A stretch of 64,000 bases of DNA from Patescibacteria group bacterium (GCA_023380305.1 JAMCQZ010000008.1:5588-69587); one strand, 5' to 3'. Counted from the first letter of the stretch, positions 38,245 through 48,400 are shown. Translations and numbers: made by a program. Notes: a model not told the origin generated them from the sequence alone.

Positions 38245-40677
38245 TTATTTACGACGCGAAGAAAACCAATATTGACTGGCGTCGAGAAAAAGCATCATTC
38301 CGGCGGCGAAAATCGCGACTTCGATAAGTAAAGAGCATGTTATCGGCGTCAAATTCAAATTGTGTCCAATTTTGGGAACATAGAGACCGAGCAATAAAAG
38401 CCCGATGGCGCCGAACGCCCAAAGATCAATCGTTTTATTGTTCAAAAATCCGAGGCGCCAAATCGGCTCTTTGTCCGATCTCGAGATAAAAGCCAAAAAG
38501 ATATGCCCGAAGATCCAAGCACTGAAAGCCAAAGTCATGGCCGTGGAATCACCGTAGGCACGCCGGGTTATGAGATAGACGGCTGTTACCACGAAGAATA
38601 AAATCAGACCCGAAACGAAGATTCCAGCGACCGACTTGCGATTTAGAATCTTTCCCCTTGGATTCCTCGGCGGACGGTTGTAAATATCTTTTTCGGCCGG
38701 TTCGGCGACAAATCCGGCTGAAGCGGCTAAATCCATGAATAATTCCAGCACGATAATCTGGATCGGCGAGAAAGGCAGCGGCAAACCAATTAGGATCGGC
38801 AAAAGGAAAATCATGATTAAAGCAGCCTTGACTGCCAGATAATATTTAACTCCTTTGGATAAGTTGTCGTAGAACTTCCGGCCTTCGAATATCCCTCGAG
38901 CAAGCGTGACATAATTGTCGTCGGCGATGACGATCTCCGCGGCTTCTTTGGCGACATCAGTGCCCTTGATTCCCATGGCGATACCGATATCAGCCGCTTT
39001 CAAGGCTAAGACATCGTTTACTCCGTCTCCAGTCACCGCCACCACTTCTCCATTTTTTTGAAGGGCTTTGACTAACCGATATTTATGTTGGGGCGTCGCG
39101 CGCGCGAAAACCGAACAGGTTTTAACAGCTTCGCAAAGTTTGTCGTCATCTAAAGCGTCGATGTCTTTCCCAGTCAAAACCCGATTGGTCTTGAGGATAC
39201 CCACTTCCTGCGCAATATAACGGGCCGTTTCCCGATGATCCCCGGTTACCATGATCGTCCTGATACCGGCGTGAGTCGCAAGTGCGATTGTCCGTCCAAC
39301 GCCCTCGCGCGGAGGATCTTCGAAGCTGATAATTCCCGCGAGCCTCAAACCGCGTTCCAGATCGATTATGGGCCGCTTTTCGTCTCCGACAGCGAGGTTT
39401 TTAAGGGCTACGGCGATTACTCTCCTCCCCTTGGTGGTTTCTTCCTTCAAGCGTTCGGTCATTTCTTCGGGGACTTCGGCCGAAACGCCGAACACCTCTT
39501 CGGGTGCGCCGCTTAAATATAGCTCCGCTTGTCCATTATATTTGCGGACGACAGCTTTAGTTTTTCTCCGGTCGCTCACATTTTCTTCGGAAACTATCTC
39601 GCGAGAATCCCTCGCTATATTTCTTCCTTCGGCGAAGCTCAAAATACCCGCCTCTAAAGACGACTGACTATAAGCGGAGATGGCGGCCAAAGCGACTTTA
39701 ATAATTTCTTTTTCCCGGGACGCGGGATAAACGCCGGCGACCTTCATCGCAGCTTCGGTAAGCGTGCCGGTTTTATCGGTTACGATCACTGTGGCGTTTC
39801 CCAACACTTCGGCGGACTTCAATTTTTTGACCAGAAAATTGTTTTTCGATAAAGAATAAGATCCGAGTCCCAGAACCATAGTGATGATTATCGGCAATTC
39901 TTCGGGGATGGTCGCGAAGGCCAACGACAATCCCGTCAATACCATCAACCTCGCGTCTCCGCCGCGGAGAACACCTATAAGAGGAATGATGATCGAGAAA
40001 AACAAAGCGACGTAGACAAATCTACCGGACAAGGATTTCATTTCAAGTTGCAATCCGGTTTTCGGAGGCGCGATCGTTTTCAAAGCGGCGGCGATCTGGC
40101 CGAATTTGGTCTTCGCGCCGGTTGTCGTCACTTTTAATCTCCCTTCTCCGGAGACGATGATCGTTCCGGCATAAACCGCGCTGCCCTTCGTCTTTTCCTC
40201 CGATAATGATTCTCCGGTCAGAGAAGATTCATCCGCCTGCAGACCCAGCCCCTCTTCAACAACCCCGTCGGCTGCAACCCTGGTGCCGACTGCGAGCGTC
40301 AATATGTCGCCGGGAACAATGGTCCGCGGATCTATCTCGACAAAATTACCATCCCTTACCGCTTTGGCTTTGGGCGCGGCCAGATCGGCCAGAGCTGAGA
40401 TAGCTTTTTTCGCTCTGAACTCATTCCAAACTTCAGCAAACACGAGTAGGCTGATAACCACAAAAATAGTTACGGCGTCTTCCAGCCTTCCCCAAAGGCT
40501 GTAAACCACGCCGACCACGAAAAGCAGAAGGATCATTGGTTCGGTTATCTCGTGTCGACCGATAACCCAAAAACTTATTTTTTCTGGTTTGAAAATCTGA
40601 TTAGGACCGATCCTTCGGAGAAGCCGGTCCGCCTCAAAAGAAGTCAGACCGAACGTTTCTTGGTTGATGTTTTTCAT
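38245..40677 (-). CDS. Cation-transporting P-type ATPase (P2-type, Ca2+/Mg2+-like)
   Basis: DKTGTLT, TGDHRETA, GDGVNDVLALKAADIGIAMG. Ten TM helices. Start trimmed to MKNINQETF so it no longer overlaps the DUF2061 gene on the opposite strand. Confidence 0.85.
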   Translation of the reverse strand: MKNINQETFGLTSFEADRLLRRIGPNQIFKPEKISFWVIGRHEITEPMILLLFVVGVVYSLWGRLEDAVTIFVVISLLVFAEVWNEFRAKKAISALADLAAPKAKAVRDGNFVEIDPRTIVPGDILTLAVGTRVAADGVVEEGLGLQADESSLTGESLSEEKTKGSAVYAGTIIVSGEGRLKVTTTGAKTKFGQIAAALKTIAPPKTGLQLEMKSLSGRFVYVALFFSIIIPLIGVLRGGDARLMVLTGLSLAFATIPEELPIIITMVLGLGSYSLSKNNFLVKKLKSAEVLGNATVIVTDKTGTLTEAAMKVAGVYPASREKEIIKVALAAISAYSQSSLEAGILSFAEGRNIARDSREIVSEENVSDRRKTKAVVRKYNGQAELYLSGAPEEVFGVSAEVPEEMTERLKEETTKGRRVIAVALKNLAVGDEKRPIIDLERGLRLAGIISFEDPPREGVGRTIALATHAGIRTIMVTGDHRETARYIAQEVGILKTNRVLTGKDIDALDDDKLCEAVKTCSVFARATPQHKYRLVKALQKNGEVVAVTGDGVNDVLALKAADIGIAMGIKGTDVAKEAAEIVIADDNYVTLARGIFEGRKFYDNLSKGVKYYLAVKAALIMIFLLPILIGLPLPFSPIQIIVLELFMDLAASAGFVAEPAEKDIYNRPPRNPRGKILNRKSVAGIFVSGLILFFVVTAVYLITRRAYGDSTAMTLAFSAWIFGHIFLAFISRSDKEPIWRLGFLNNKTIDLWAFGAIGLLLLGLYVPKIGHNLNLTPITCSLLIEVAIFAAGMMLFLDASQYWFSSRRK

Positions 40678-40742
40678 TTTAACAAAAGGCTGATGACAAT
40701 TTTTAGCTATAATCCGATTGACCGTTGCTTTATACTGAATCC

Positions 40743-40970
40743 ATGGACAACCAAATATCATCTTCATTGGCGGAAACTCCCCTAAGGTCGGCGGCTAAGA
40801 CTATAAGCTACCGGTTGATTATCATCATTCTGGATTTTGCTTCGATTTACTTTTTTACCAGGAGCGTCGGTGTTGCCACTTCGTTTGTTATTGTCAGCAA
40901 CATTTACACCACCATCGCATATTACATCCACGAAAGGGCCTGGAATCGGATTGATTGGGGCAAAAAGTGA
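40743..40970 (+). CDS. DUF2061 membrane protein
   Basis: ...SYRLIIIILDFASIYFFT...AYYIHERAWNRIDWG matches DUF2061. Confidence 0.6.
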   Translation: MDNQISSSLAETPLRSAAKTISYRLIIIILDFASIYFFTRSVGVATSFVIVSNIYTTIAYYIHERAWNRIDWGKK

Positions 40971-41258
40971 TTAAACCTGCCCGAAAGTCTTCCTCAATTC
41001 TTTTTTGGCTAGATTTAGGATTCTCTTTCGACTTTCGGAAATATTATTGCCGCTACGGTTGATGTAGAAATTAAGCATTGACATCGCCGACTGAAAAGCT
41101 GGAGATTTCCGAGTAATGCTTCTCTCGGTCGAACGCTTTAACGACTTGGCGATCTTTCGAGGGTCTTTCCAAGTAAAAATGCCGGGCTCAAGCCGCAAAG
41201 CGCGGCTTTGCCGCGTAACTTTGGCGGACCAGCTTCTCTTTGCGCCGGCTATCATCAT
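40971..41258 (-). CDS. DUF3175 domain protein
   Basis: W..KVTRQSRALRLEPGIF...IAKSLKRSTERS...FQSAMSMLNFYINRSG...LAKKELRKTFG fits DUF3175. Confidence 0.6.
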   Translation of the reverse strand: MMIAGAKRSWSAKVTRQSRALRLEPGIFTWKDPRKIAKSLKRSTERSITRKSPAFQSAMSMLNFYINRSGNNISESRKRILNLAKKELRKTFGQV

Positions 41259-41261
41259 CGA

Positions 41262-41603
41262 TCAACGTTCTAAGAACTCTTTTAGGGCTACAGCATTATT
41301 GTGGGCCTCGTCTTTGGCGGCGTAAATTAAAGTGGTTTTTCCTTGGCGGCTGGCCTTTTTGATAAGATCGACGTCGGCGACTTTCGCTTTCAGCTCGGCA
41401 AAATATTTCTTCTTGAACATCGTCCATTTTTCCGGGTCATGACCAAACCATTTTCTTAATTCTTCGCTTGGAGCGATGTCTTTAAGCCAAAACCTTATCT
41501 TAATCTTCTCTTTCGATAATCCGCGCGGCCAAAGCCGGTCGATTAAAATGCGCGATCCGTCTTTCAGCGAGGCCGGTTCGTAAGCTCTTTTGATATAAAT
41601 CAT
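41262..41603 (-). CDS. DUF488 (YeaO-like) protein
   Basis: IYIKRAYEP...[46 protein letters not shown], canonical DUF488. Confidence 0.7.
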   Translation of the reverse strand: MIYIKRAYEPASLKDGSRILIDRLWPRGLSKEKIKIRFWLKDIAPSEELRKWFGHDPEKWTMFKKKYFAELKAKVADVDLIKKASRQGKTTLIYAAKDEAHNNAVALKEFLER

Positions 41604-41655
41604 GGCAGTCGATATTTTGACGTCCCTCGACCACAGGACGGCTGTTTTTTATTTT

Positions 41656-42123
41656 TTAATTTAATCTCCAGATTACATAAGTCAGATAGGTCGCGAACAC
41701 CGTCCAAAGGCCATAGAGCCAAAGGAGCCGGGCCGCGAATCGTGAAGCCGGCCTGATGCTTGACATCAGCCAGAAGACCGAAAGGCAGAGCAATCCCGAT
41801 TCAACCGCCGCCGCGGCGATAAGGTGCCTCGAAAAAAACAAAAAACTCCAAAAAACGTTCAAAAGAATATTGACGCCGAAAGCGACGACAATCGATCTTC
41901 TCTTTTTTGGCGGAATCTCTTGATTCCAGACGACGATCATGGAAGCCGCGAGCAGAAAGAAAATAACCGCCCAAACAAACCCGATGATGGCGCCGGACGG
42001 AGTCCAGGCGGGCAGATTGATCGAACGGTACCATGCCATCCCCGATGAAGTGATAGAACTTCCCACCAAAGCCACTGATAAGACAATCAGAGAAACCATG
42101 AAATAGTTTGTTTTTATCCTCAT
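41656..42123 (-). CDS. tspO: TspO/MBR family tryptophan-rich sensory protein
   Basis: 155 aa, five TM helices, Trp-rich (WYRSINLPAWTPSG...IGFVWAVIFFLLAASMIVVW). Confidence 0.75.
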   Translation of the reverse strand: MRIKTNYFMVSLIVLSVALVGSSITSSGMAWYRSINLPAWTPSGAIIGFVWAVIFFLLAASMIVVWNQEIPPKKRRSIVVAFGVNILLNVFWSFLFFSRHLIAAAAVESGLLCLSVFWLMSSIRPASRFAARLLWLYGLWTVFATYLTYVIWRLN

Positions 42124-42164
42124 AGTTTGATTATATCAATTTTCTTTTTAGAAAATTTGAAAAT

Positions 42165-42215
42165 AAAAAATACGACGGCTCTAAATTAAATTAGTTGTTG
42201 GCACCGTCGTATTCT
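42165..42215 (-). terminator. Putative terminator hairpin (9-bp stem, large loop) followed by U-tract on minus strand
   Basis: atacgacgg...ccgtcgtat; minus strand followed by TTTTTTATTTTC. Confidence 0.35.
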
Positions 42216-42380
42216 TCTTTCATAGCCTTAAGGTTTTTACGCTCAAGTTTTATCAGGGCGAACCATGATCTATGAGTATAAGCTGATTAACTCCAACTTC
42301 ATCAGCTAATTAAATAATATGAAGTACCCGAAATCCCTCAACATCTCCTCTGTGGATAACTCTCAACAACGATTTATCCG

Positions 42381-43160
42381 CTAAACAGCGATCCTCATGC
42401 CGTCGTAGGCAATGTCGCTATGCGCGTAAATACTCTTGACATGCATTTTTAAATCTTCATGCGGCAATGTTTGGTGCCCTATATGGGTAAAAATAATTTT
42501 CCGCAAACGCCACCTTTTGTAAAATGCCAGTTGACGATCGATGGAAAGGTGGCCACGCAGGCTTCTTTTTTGAATCGAGCCGTCGGCGAATAAAAGATCG
42601 CAATCAACCAAATATTTTTTTAAGCCCTTGAGGGAGGCAAGATCGGAAACGTAGACCATCTTGAACCCGCCGGGAAAAACTACGCGGTAACCGAGAAATG
42701 GAGCGTTTTCGGAATGGATCACGCGAAAAGCCGTTATCTCCGCCCCGAAGAGATCGGATTTCTTCCCCGGACCGATATTCCCGATTTTCTCGACAAATAT
42801 CTTGACGCTTTTTAAATAACGCAATCCGTAATCGGCATCCGGGTGGTTATGGGTGATAAAAACGGCGTCTATTTTTCGAACCCTCTCTCGCCGCAACTGG
42901 TGGAGGATATCCGGCCCGGCGTCAAAAATAATATGCCTGCCGTTTAGGACAACCAAAAGCGACGACCGACTGCGCTTGTTTTTACCTCCGGACTTTGCTC
43001 TCTCGCAAAGCCGATCTTTGTGAAGGGAAAAACGCTTTTCGTAATGTTCGATATCCAGATAATCATCGAATTTATTCGATTCGGTTCTCGGCAAAGGAAA
43101 CTCGGCCGATGATCCCAAGACGATGATTTTGTTTTTAAATCCGGATTTCGCCACGGCCAT
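42381..43160 (-). CDS. MBL-fold metallo-hydrolase
   Basis: FITHNHPDADYG (HxHxDH-type motif), later His/Asp ligands. Confidence 0.75.
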   Translation of the reverse strand: MAVAKSGFKNKIIVLGSSAEFPLPRTESNKFDDYLDIEHYEKRFSLHKDRLCERAKSGGKNKRSRSSLLVVLNGRHIIFDAGPDILHQLRRERVRKIDAVFITHNHPDADYGLRYLKSVKIFVEKIGNIGPGKKSDLFGAEITAFRVIHSENAPFLGYRVVFPGGFKMVYVSDLASLKGLKKYLVDCDLLFADGSIQKRSLRGHLSIDRQLAFYKRWRLRKIIFTHIGHQTLPHEDLKMHVKSIYAHSDIAYDGMRIAV

Positions 43161-43217
43161 ATTATATAATAATAACGGATCTATTGATTAAAGGTCGCAA
43201 ATAAAAAATATTTTAAA

Positions 43218-43328
43218 ATGGGATATTGGGGCGGAGGCATGTTTTTCTTCGGATCGGTGATGTATATCCTCTGCACGGTTTTGGTGGTTCTCGGCATCGC
43301 CGCTCTGTGGAAGTATTTGAATAAATAG
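43218..43328 (+). CDS. Possible 36-aa small membrane peptide (MGYWGGGMFFFGSVMYILCTVLVVLGIAALWKYLNK)
   Basis: Clean ATG..TAG in an otherwise empty 300-nt intergenic region. More protein-like than the overlapping antisense ORFs. No strong RBS. Confidence 0.3.
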   Translation: MGYWGGGMFFFGSVMYILCTVLVVLGIAALWKYLNK

Positions 43329-43414
43329 AACGGCTTTCGATAATAAACCGAAGAAGAGCAAAATAACCCGGGATTGGAAGAAGACCGCAAGCGATATGGA
43401 AATAAAAACTCCCG

Positions 43415-43446
43415 AATAAAAATCCCCGCCGCAAGGCGGGGATTTC
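43415..43446 (-). terminator. Rho-independent terminator
   Basis: atccccgcc-gcaa-ggcggggat; on the minus strand followed by TTTTTATTCGGG. Confidence 0.5.
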
Positions 43447-43456
43447 GTCGGCAGTG

Positions 43457-44350
43457 CTACGGTCGCCTAACGCTCGCCATTATGGCGGCGATCACCGAAT
43501 CCAGATCAAAGCTTGAACGCTCTTTAAGACATAAGGTCTTCTCGGGTTCGATATAGTTGTTGCATTGAGGATACCGCAAAGTAAAAGTCAAACTAATAGT
43601 CTGATCCCCTATCGCGGTCGAATAGACGTAAGTCGTGTATACCGAGCCGGCAGCACCTTCGCTCGTTGATTTGACGCAATAAAATTTAGAATTAATGATC
43701 TTCTCGATGACGCGCTCCGGCAGGCTGAAAATGCCGGGTGTTACGGCGCAAAAAAACGGTTGGTCGACGATAGTCAACTCCGGCGGCCACGACCGCAAAT
43801 CAATAAACTCGGCGCCTAAAGACACGGGATAATCGAAGACAAGTCCGGTGGTCCCGGCGACCGAAAGACTCTGCGGAATCGTCGTTTCATAAACTCCAAG
43901 ATCGCATCGGCTGATAAGCCAACGGTTATTTATTTTTTCGACGATCATTGTTACCGGGCGCTTGGTGGCGAATCCAATATTGACCGCGTCGCCGCTCGTC
44001 ACCTCGATAATCTTGCCCGCGACCTTATATGAATTGGCCGCGACCGGCTCCAGTGAAATTATTTCTATGTGGTCCGGCCAGGGGCTGGAGACGAGCCGAC
44101 CGGGAGCTTTCGCGGGATCGGTCAGCCACGCGTCAATCAATTGTTGCGTTACCAAGCCTTTATAGTTCTCCTTTATGCCCTCCGCCAAAACTTCCCGAGG
44201 AGCCAGCAAGGAGACATTTTTTAACCGATCGCCGAAAGTTTGCACGACCTCCAGAACTTTACGGGGGTCTTGTCTGGCCTCGGTTGTTAATTCCCAAACG
44301 CAAAATACGGTAATTATCAGAAAAATGATAAAAAGTATTTGCTTTCTCAT
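43457..44350 (-). CDS. Secreted/anchored hypothetical protein
   Basis: Signal anchor MRKQILFIIFLIITVFCVW. No recognisable domain. Confidence 0.55.
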   Translation of the reverse strand: MRKQILFIIFLIITVFCVWELTTEARQDPRKVLEVVQTFGDRLKNVSLLAPREVLAEGIKENYKGLVTQQLIDAWLTDPAKAPGRLVSSPWPDHIEIISLEPVAANSYKVAGKIIEVTSGDAVNIGFATKRPVTMIVEKINNRWLISRCDLGVYETTIPQSLSVAGTTGLVFDYPVSLGAEFIDLRSWPPELTIVDQPFFCAVTPGIFSLPERVIEKIINSKFYCVKSTSEGAAGSVYTTYVYSTAIGDQTISLTFTLRYPQCNNYIEPEKTLCLKERSSFDLDSVIAAIMASVRRP

Positions 44351-44394
44351 AAGATTACATTACCACAAAATCCTGTAGCTTGCTTCATTTGACG

Positions 44395-44425
44395 CATAAA
44401 AGAAAACCAGGCATAGCCTGGTTAA
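44395..44425 (-). terminator. Rho-independent terminator
   Basis: aaccaggc-ata-gcctggtt perfect hairpin; on the minus strand followed by TTTTCTTTTATG. Confidence 0.5.
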
Positions 44426-44435
44426 TCCATAAACA

Positions 44436-44774
44436 CTACCGAAGAATCACGTCGTATCCGAGGCGGCACGCTTCTCCGACTATCTTCTGCAGAAAGTCGT
44501 GGCGGTCGACCTCTTCGGCGGGATAAAGCCATAGTTCCTGGACATATCTTTTTCCGCGGATACGGCATTGGAGCCCGGAGAGTTTTGGAGAAAGCATCAG
44601 CTTGCGCTGACTATTGGCTGAAGGTGCCGAGGCGATATACGACGGCACAATTGCTTTGACTGATGGTTCGGTTCTTGCAAAGTCCACCAAACGGCACGCG
44701 GCGTCGATCAAGGTCGTGTGGCTTCCGCCGCACTTGCCACCCGACCGGTGCTGTTTTCTCGACAAACCGGTCAC
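44436..44774 (-). CDS. Hypothetical protein (doubtful)
   Basis: ORF with terminator downstream. Composition atypical. Could be shorter (from MLSPKLSGL) or non-coding. Confidence 0.3.
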   Translation of the reverse strand: MTGLSRKQHRSGGKCGGSHTTLIDAACRLVDFARTEPSVKAIVPSYIASAPSANSQRKLMLSPKLSGLQCRIRGKRYVQELWLYPAEEVDRHDFLQKIVGEACRLGYDVILR

Positions 44775-44831
44775 CTCCTTTATGGGGTTATCTACAATAT
44801 ACTCCCATCTCGGCCGTATGCCAAATGCCGT

Positions 44832-45560
44832 TTACGGTTCCAAAAAATCCGGACAAATCACCGTACATTCGCCCTCGAGACAAAGAGAAACAAACGGGCA
44901 AGGCGATTGGATCAGATATTCCGCGGGAGTTTTACAATCGATGTTTCTAACGCAAGATTGATCAAGCACTTTTTCTATGCTGTAAGCTTTGATCGAATAA
45001 TGGGGTGGCAGAATAATGCTCGTATCGCAATCGCCGGCCACGCAAACCTGGTTGGTTTCCAATCCATATCCGCCGACTGCGGGATCCTTAAATAAAAAAC
45101 TTTTCGGCGGATAAACCGTAAAATACATAAAAATGAAGATCGCGAATAAAATCATTATTTTTGACGCTGTCTCGCAGCTCTTCGGAAATGGCCGCATTTT
45201 TTGAACGACCGAAGCCATGATTTCGGCCGCAACGACGCTTACAATGAAAATCGCGATATCAAGGAATAGATAGTTTTTCCCCAAGACGGCCGTGTATCCA
45301 TAAAATAGAACAACTATAGCGAATGCGGCGAAATAAACCGCTTTGGCGCGGGACAACCAAAAATTGTTTGGCTTTTGCTTGCGCCGCCACCCCTGCCAGA
45401 AACTGATAAAAGCCATCGGCATCACTGCGAGTTTCAAATGTTCCCAAACGCTTTCGTCCACCGCGGAAAACAAGCCGACGATTAACGATTGGTGAAAAAA
45501 ATCGAATGTAAAATGAAGCAATGATCCGACAACGATGGTAAAAACGATATTAAATAACAT
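44832..45560 (-). CDS. Polytopic membrane protein with extracytoplasmic Cys-rich C-terminal domain
   Basis: Start trimmed to MLFNIVFTIVVGSLLHF. Five or six TM helices. The last 80 aa contain 10 Cys (CVAGDCDT...CVRNIDCKT...CPFVSLCLEGECTVICPDF). Confidence 0.55.
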   Translation of the reverse strand: MLFNIVFTIVVGSLLHFTFDFFHQSLIVGLFSAVDESVWEHLKLAVMPMAFISFWQGWRRKQKPNNFWLSRAKAVYFAAFAIVVLFYGYTAVLGKNYLFLDIAIFIVSVVAAEIMASVVQKMRPFPKSCETASKIMILFAIFIFMYFTVYPPKSFLFKDPAVGGYGLETNQVCVAGDCDTSIILPPHYSIKAYSIEKVLDQSCVRNIDCKTPAEYLIQSPCPFVSLCLEGECTVICPDFLEP

Positions 45561-45570
45561 CGCGAATCTT

Positions 45571-46809
45571 TTAAGATTTGCGCGTGCGCTTCGCCGAAGT
45601 TTTTCTTTCCTTAGTAGTTTTGGATTTTGGGGTCTCGTCGGCTTTCGGTTGGGATTTAACAGATGATTTGCCCGGTTCGCCGCCCTCTCTAACAACCACT
45701 CCTATTTTTCCTTCTGGGAAAGCGTAAAGCCCGGGGACGGCGTCATCTCCGCTCAAAACAATGAGATTTAGTTTGGCTTGGTCCAATTTCGGGAGACACT
45801 CCGATAAAGTCGATCCTTTAACGATCGGGCCCCGGAAATTGTCGACCGTTACTGGCACGACGCCGTCCGAACCGAAGATGTCGGCGTAACACTTAAGCAC
45901 CCCGACGCAAGCGTCGTTCAATGCGCAGCCCGCGCACTGCTCAGGCTTTACTTTGGGGATAATCTCATCTTCGTCCTTTAAAGTATTCAATCGGCCGCTG
46001 GTAGCCGTCCCGATATAGCGCCTTTGCCACTCGATCAACGGCCTTACCGATACGTCTTCTATCCCCGAAAGAACGCAAAGAGGCACCGGCGCTCCGGCGG
46101 CGGTTACCGCCCTGATGCCAGCGGCCAGAAGGATCTTCAAGGCTTCCTGCAGATAAGGAGCGATATCGCTGAATTTGACGTAGATAGAGTCCTTGTTGAT
46201 CTCGGCGTTGCCGAAAAGAAGCGGGTAACCGAAAGATACGCCGTCTATCCCCGGGAATTCATGAATAATAAATTTTGCGTATTCCGGCAGATAACGATAA
46301 TTTTGTTCGATTATAATGATCGCTACATCGACATTCCGGTCGCTTTGAATGGCATATTTCATGGCTGCGCAGGTTTTTTCAAAGTCCCCTTTCTGACCGC
46401 GGGTGATACTCTCCGCTAACTCTGCGTTAGGGCCGTGAAGAGAAAAAGAAAAAGAAATCTTTTTTTTCGGATCAACCGCGATAACGGCGTCAAAAAAATC
46501 TTTATCTCCCAATCGAACGCCATTCGTCATTATGTTTAAAGAGCTCACCCTAGGGTCTTCAAGCGTCTTTCCGATGATTTCCACGAAGTCCGGATGGATG
46601 GTAGACTCCCCTCCCGTGAGAAGTAAAAATTTTCCTCCTTGGTCAAGATAACCGTTGATAATCTCCCGGGCCTCTTTGGCGTTCAACCTTGGGTAAGCTT
46701 CTTTGCCGTCGGCGGCCAGGCAGAAAACACAATTTTGGTTGCAAAAAGCTCCCAAATTGATGCTTACCATCGAACCCTCGTCGCCCTTCTTCTCTTCGGA
46801 AATTTTCAT
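45571..46809 (-). CDS. Radical SAM enzyme with C-terminal SPASM/twitch-like Cys cluster
   Basis: CNQNCVFC (Cx3Cx2C) near the N-terminus. GGE motif LLTGGEST. C-terminal CAGCALNDACVGVLKC auxiliary cluster motif. Lys/Thr-rich basic tail. Confidence 0.8.
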   Translation of the reverse strand: MKISEEKKGDEGSMVSINLGAFCNQNCVFCLAADGKEAYPRLNAKEAREIINGYLDQGGKFLLLTGGESTIHPDFVEIIGKTLEDPRVSSLNIMTNGVRLGDKDFFDAVIAVDPKKKISFSFSLHGPNAELAESITRGQKGDFEKTCAAMKYAIQSDRNVDVAIIIIEQNYRYLPEYAKFIIHEFPGIDGVSFGYPLLFGNAEINKDSIYVKFSDIAPYLQEALKILLAAGIRAVTAAGAPVPLCVLSGIEDVSVRPLIEWQRRYIGTATSGRLNTLKDEDEIIPKVKPEQCAGCALNDACVGVLKCYADIFGSDGVVPVTVDNFRGPIVKGSTLSECLPKLDQAKLNLIVLSGDDAVPGLYAFPEGKIGVVVREGGEPGKSSVKSQPKADETPKSKTTKERKTSAKRTRKS

Positions 46810-46852
46810 AAGTCTTTCTAATTATAACTCCGGCGGCAAAACTGCCAAATTT

Positions 46853-48345
46853 TCATGCCACCAGAAGCCCGATCACGGCCACAATCAGCAGATAAATCAG
46901 GCACGGGACAATCACCCCTCTCAATACCCCTCTTTCCTGATTTTTTAGCCCAACCACGGCTTCAGCGGCCAAAATGTCGGCGAGAGCGGTCATATTCCCG
47001 GCGGCGGCGCCGACAAGCGCCAAAGCCAAGATTTTAAACGCGCCCAATCCGATCGCCAGGCTCGCGATATTCAAAAAATTTCCGAACATCAGATTGGAGA
47101 TCGTGGCGCTTCCGGTGAGAAAACATCCGAAAGCGCCGATAAAGGGAGCCAAAAAGGCAAGGCCCTTGTTTCGAAACTTCCGGCGATGAGGTTGGTCGCC
47201 GAAGGCAACCCGCTCGAGTTCAAACCGGAGTTAATCATCAGCTGAACAACCACCGAAATGGAAGCGATGACCAGAAACGGGCCGAGAGCGTCCTTGAGGG
47301 ATTTTTTGATTGCCTCGCCGGCGATCCGGTGCCTGCGGGAACCCCAAACAATGGCGATCGGCAGGCCGGCGGCGAGAAAAGCGAATCCGGGGTTGAATAA
47401 AGAGAATTTGTGGCCCAGGGCGAAAGGAATACTGAAGCTCGCCGGACCGATCAAAAGCTTTCCCAGAATCAGTAAGACGATAAGCAGTCCGTAGGGAAAG
47501 ACCAATTTGAAATAAGACTGTTTTTCCGCCGGCAGTCCGACCGCGGCTCCTCGGCGGATGTTTTTCGGAACCAACAAACCCAGTTTGGTCGTCAAAAGCA
47601 CGAGTGCAAGGCCGATGAGAGAACCGATGATCGAAGGAAATTCCTGGCCGAGCGGCACGACCAAGGCCGAAGGAATGACAAAAGCGAGGCCCGACCAGAC
47701 AGCGAAGGGCAAGGCTTCTTTTATTTGTTTCGCTCTATCCGCTTTTCCGGCGGTGATGGCCAAAAGCATAAAAACGGGGACGATAATACCGACGCAGTTT
47801 ATCCAGGACGCGAACTGGGGAACGGCGGCGTAATCAAGGCCGGCAAAACCCACCCGGATCGGCGCTCCGGCGGCGCCGAAAACCACCGAAGTGCTGTTCC
47901 CCAAAAGCGAAACAATGACCGCTTGAAGCGGAGCAAAACCCAGTCCCACAAGCAGGGGCGCGACAATAGCCGAAGCCGTCCCGAATCCGGCCGTGCCTTC
48001 GAGAAAGTTTTCGAAAAACCAAGCAAGGATAATCACCTGGATCCGGTAATCTTTGGAAAATGATTCGAGGTACCGGGAAATGTTTTCAATCACCTTGAGG
48101 TCTTTCAGTACTTCCAGGAAGAAGATGGCGCCGAGGATGATAAAAAAGATATCAAGAGCCACAAAAAATCCTTTGGCGAAAGACGCAAAGAAGAGACCGG
48201 GTAATATCCGCCAATAAAGAACGGAGAGCCCGGCCATCAAAACCAAGGTCCAGGAAGAAACCTTGAGAAGAGGCAGTTTCCTCCAAAGGAGCAGAACGAG
48301 AAAAAGAACGAACGGGCTGATCGATAAAGCGAAGGCGAGATTCAT
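46853..48345 (-). pseudogene. lctP: L-lactate permease (LctP family) interrupted by a single-base frameshift in an A5/T5 homopolymer (about 47151-47155)
   Basis: ORF 47089..48465 (N-terminal and middle part) and ORF 46853..47152 (C-terminal part, ...FIGAFGCFLTGSATISNLMFG...) are both LctP-like in adjacent frames. Adding one base in the T5 run would restore a contiguous reading frame. Confidence 0.7.
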
Positions 48346-48400
48346 TGATTTTATTATACCAAGAAAAAAACAGGCTCCTCGAAAAAAGAGCCCGTAAAAC

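Noticed and set aside
43181-43434. Two overlapping minus-strand ORFs (69 and 73 aa)
   Set aside because: Odd composition (MRSSSNPGLFCSSSVYYRKPF...) and no RBS. The plus-strand 36-aa hydrophobic ORF in the same region is more plausible, and is itself low confidence.
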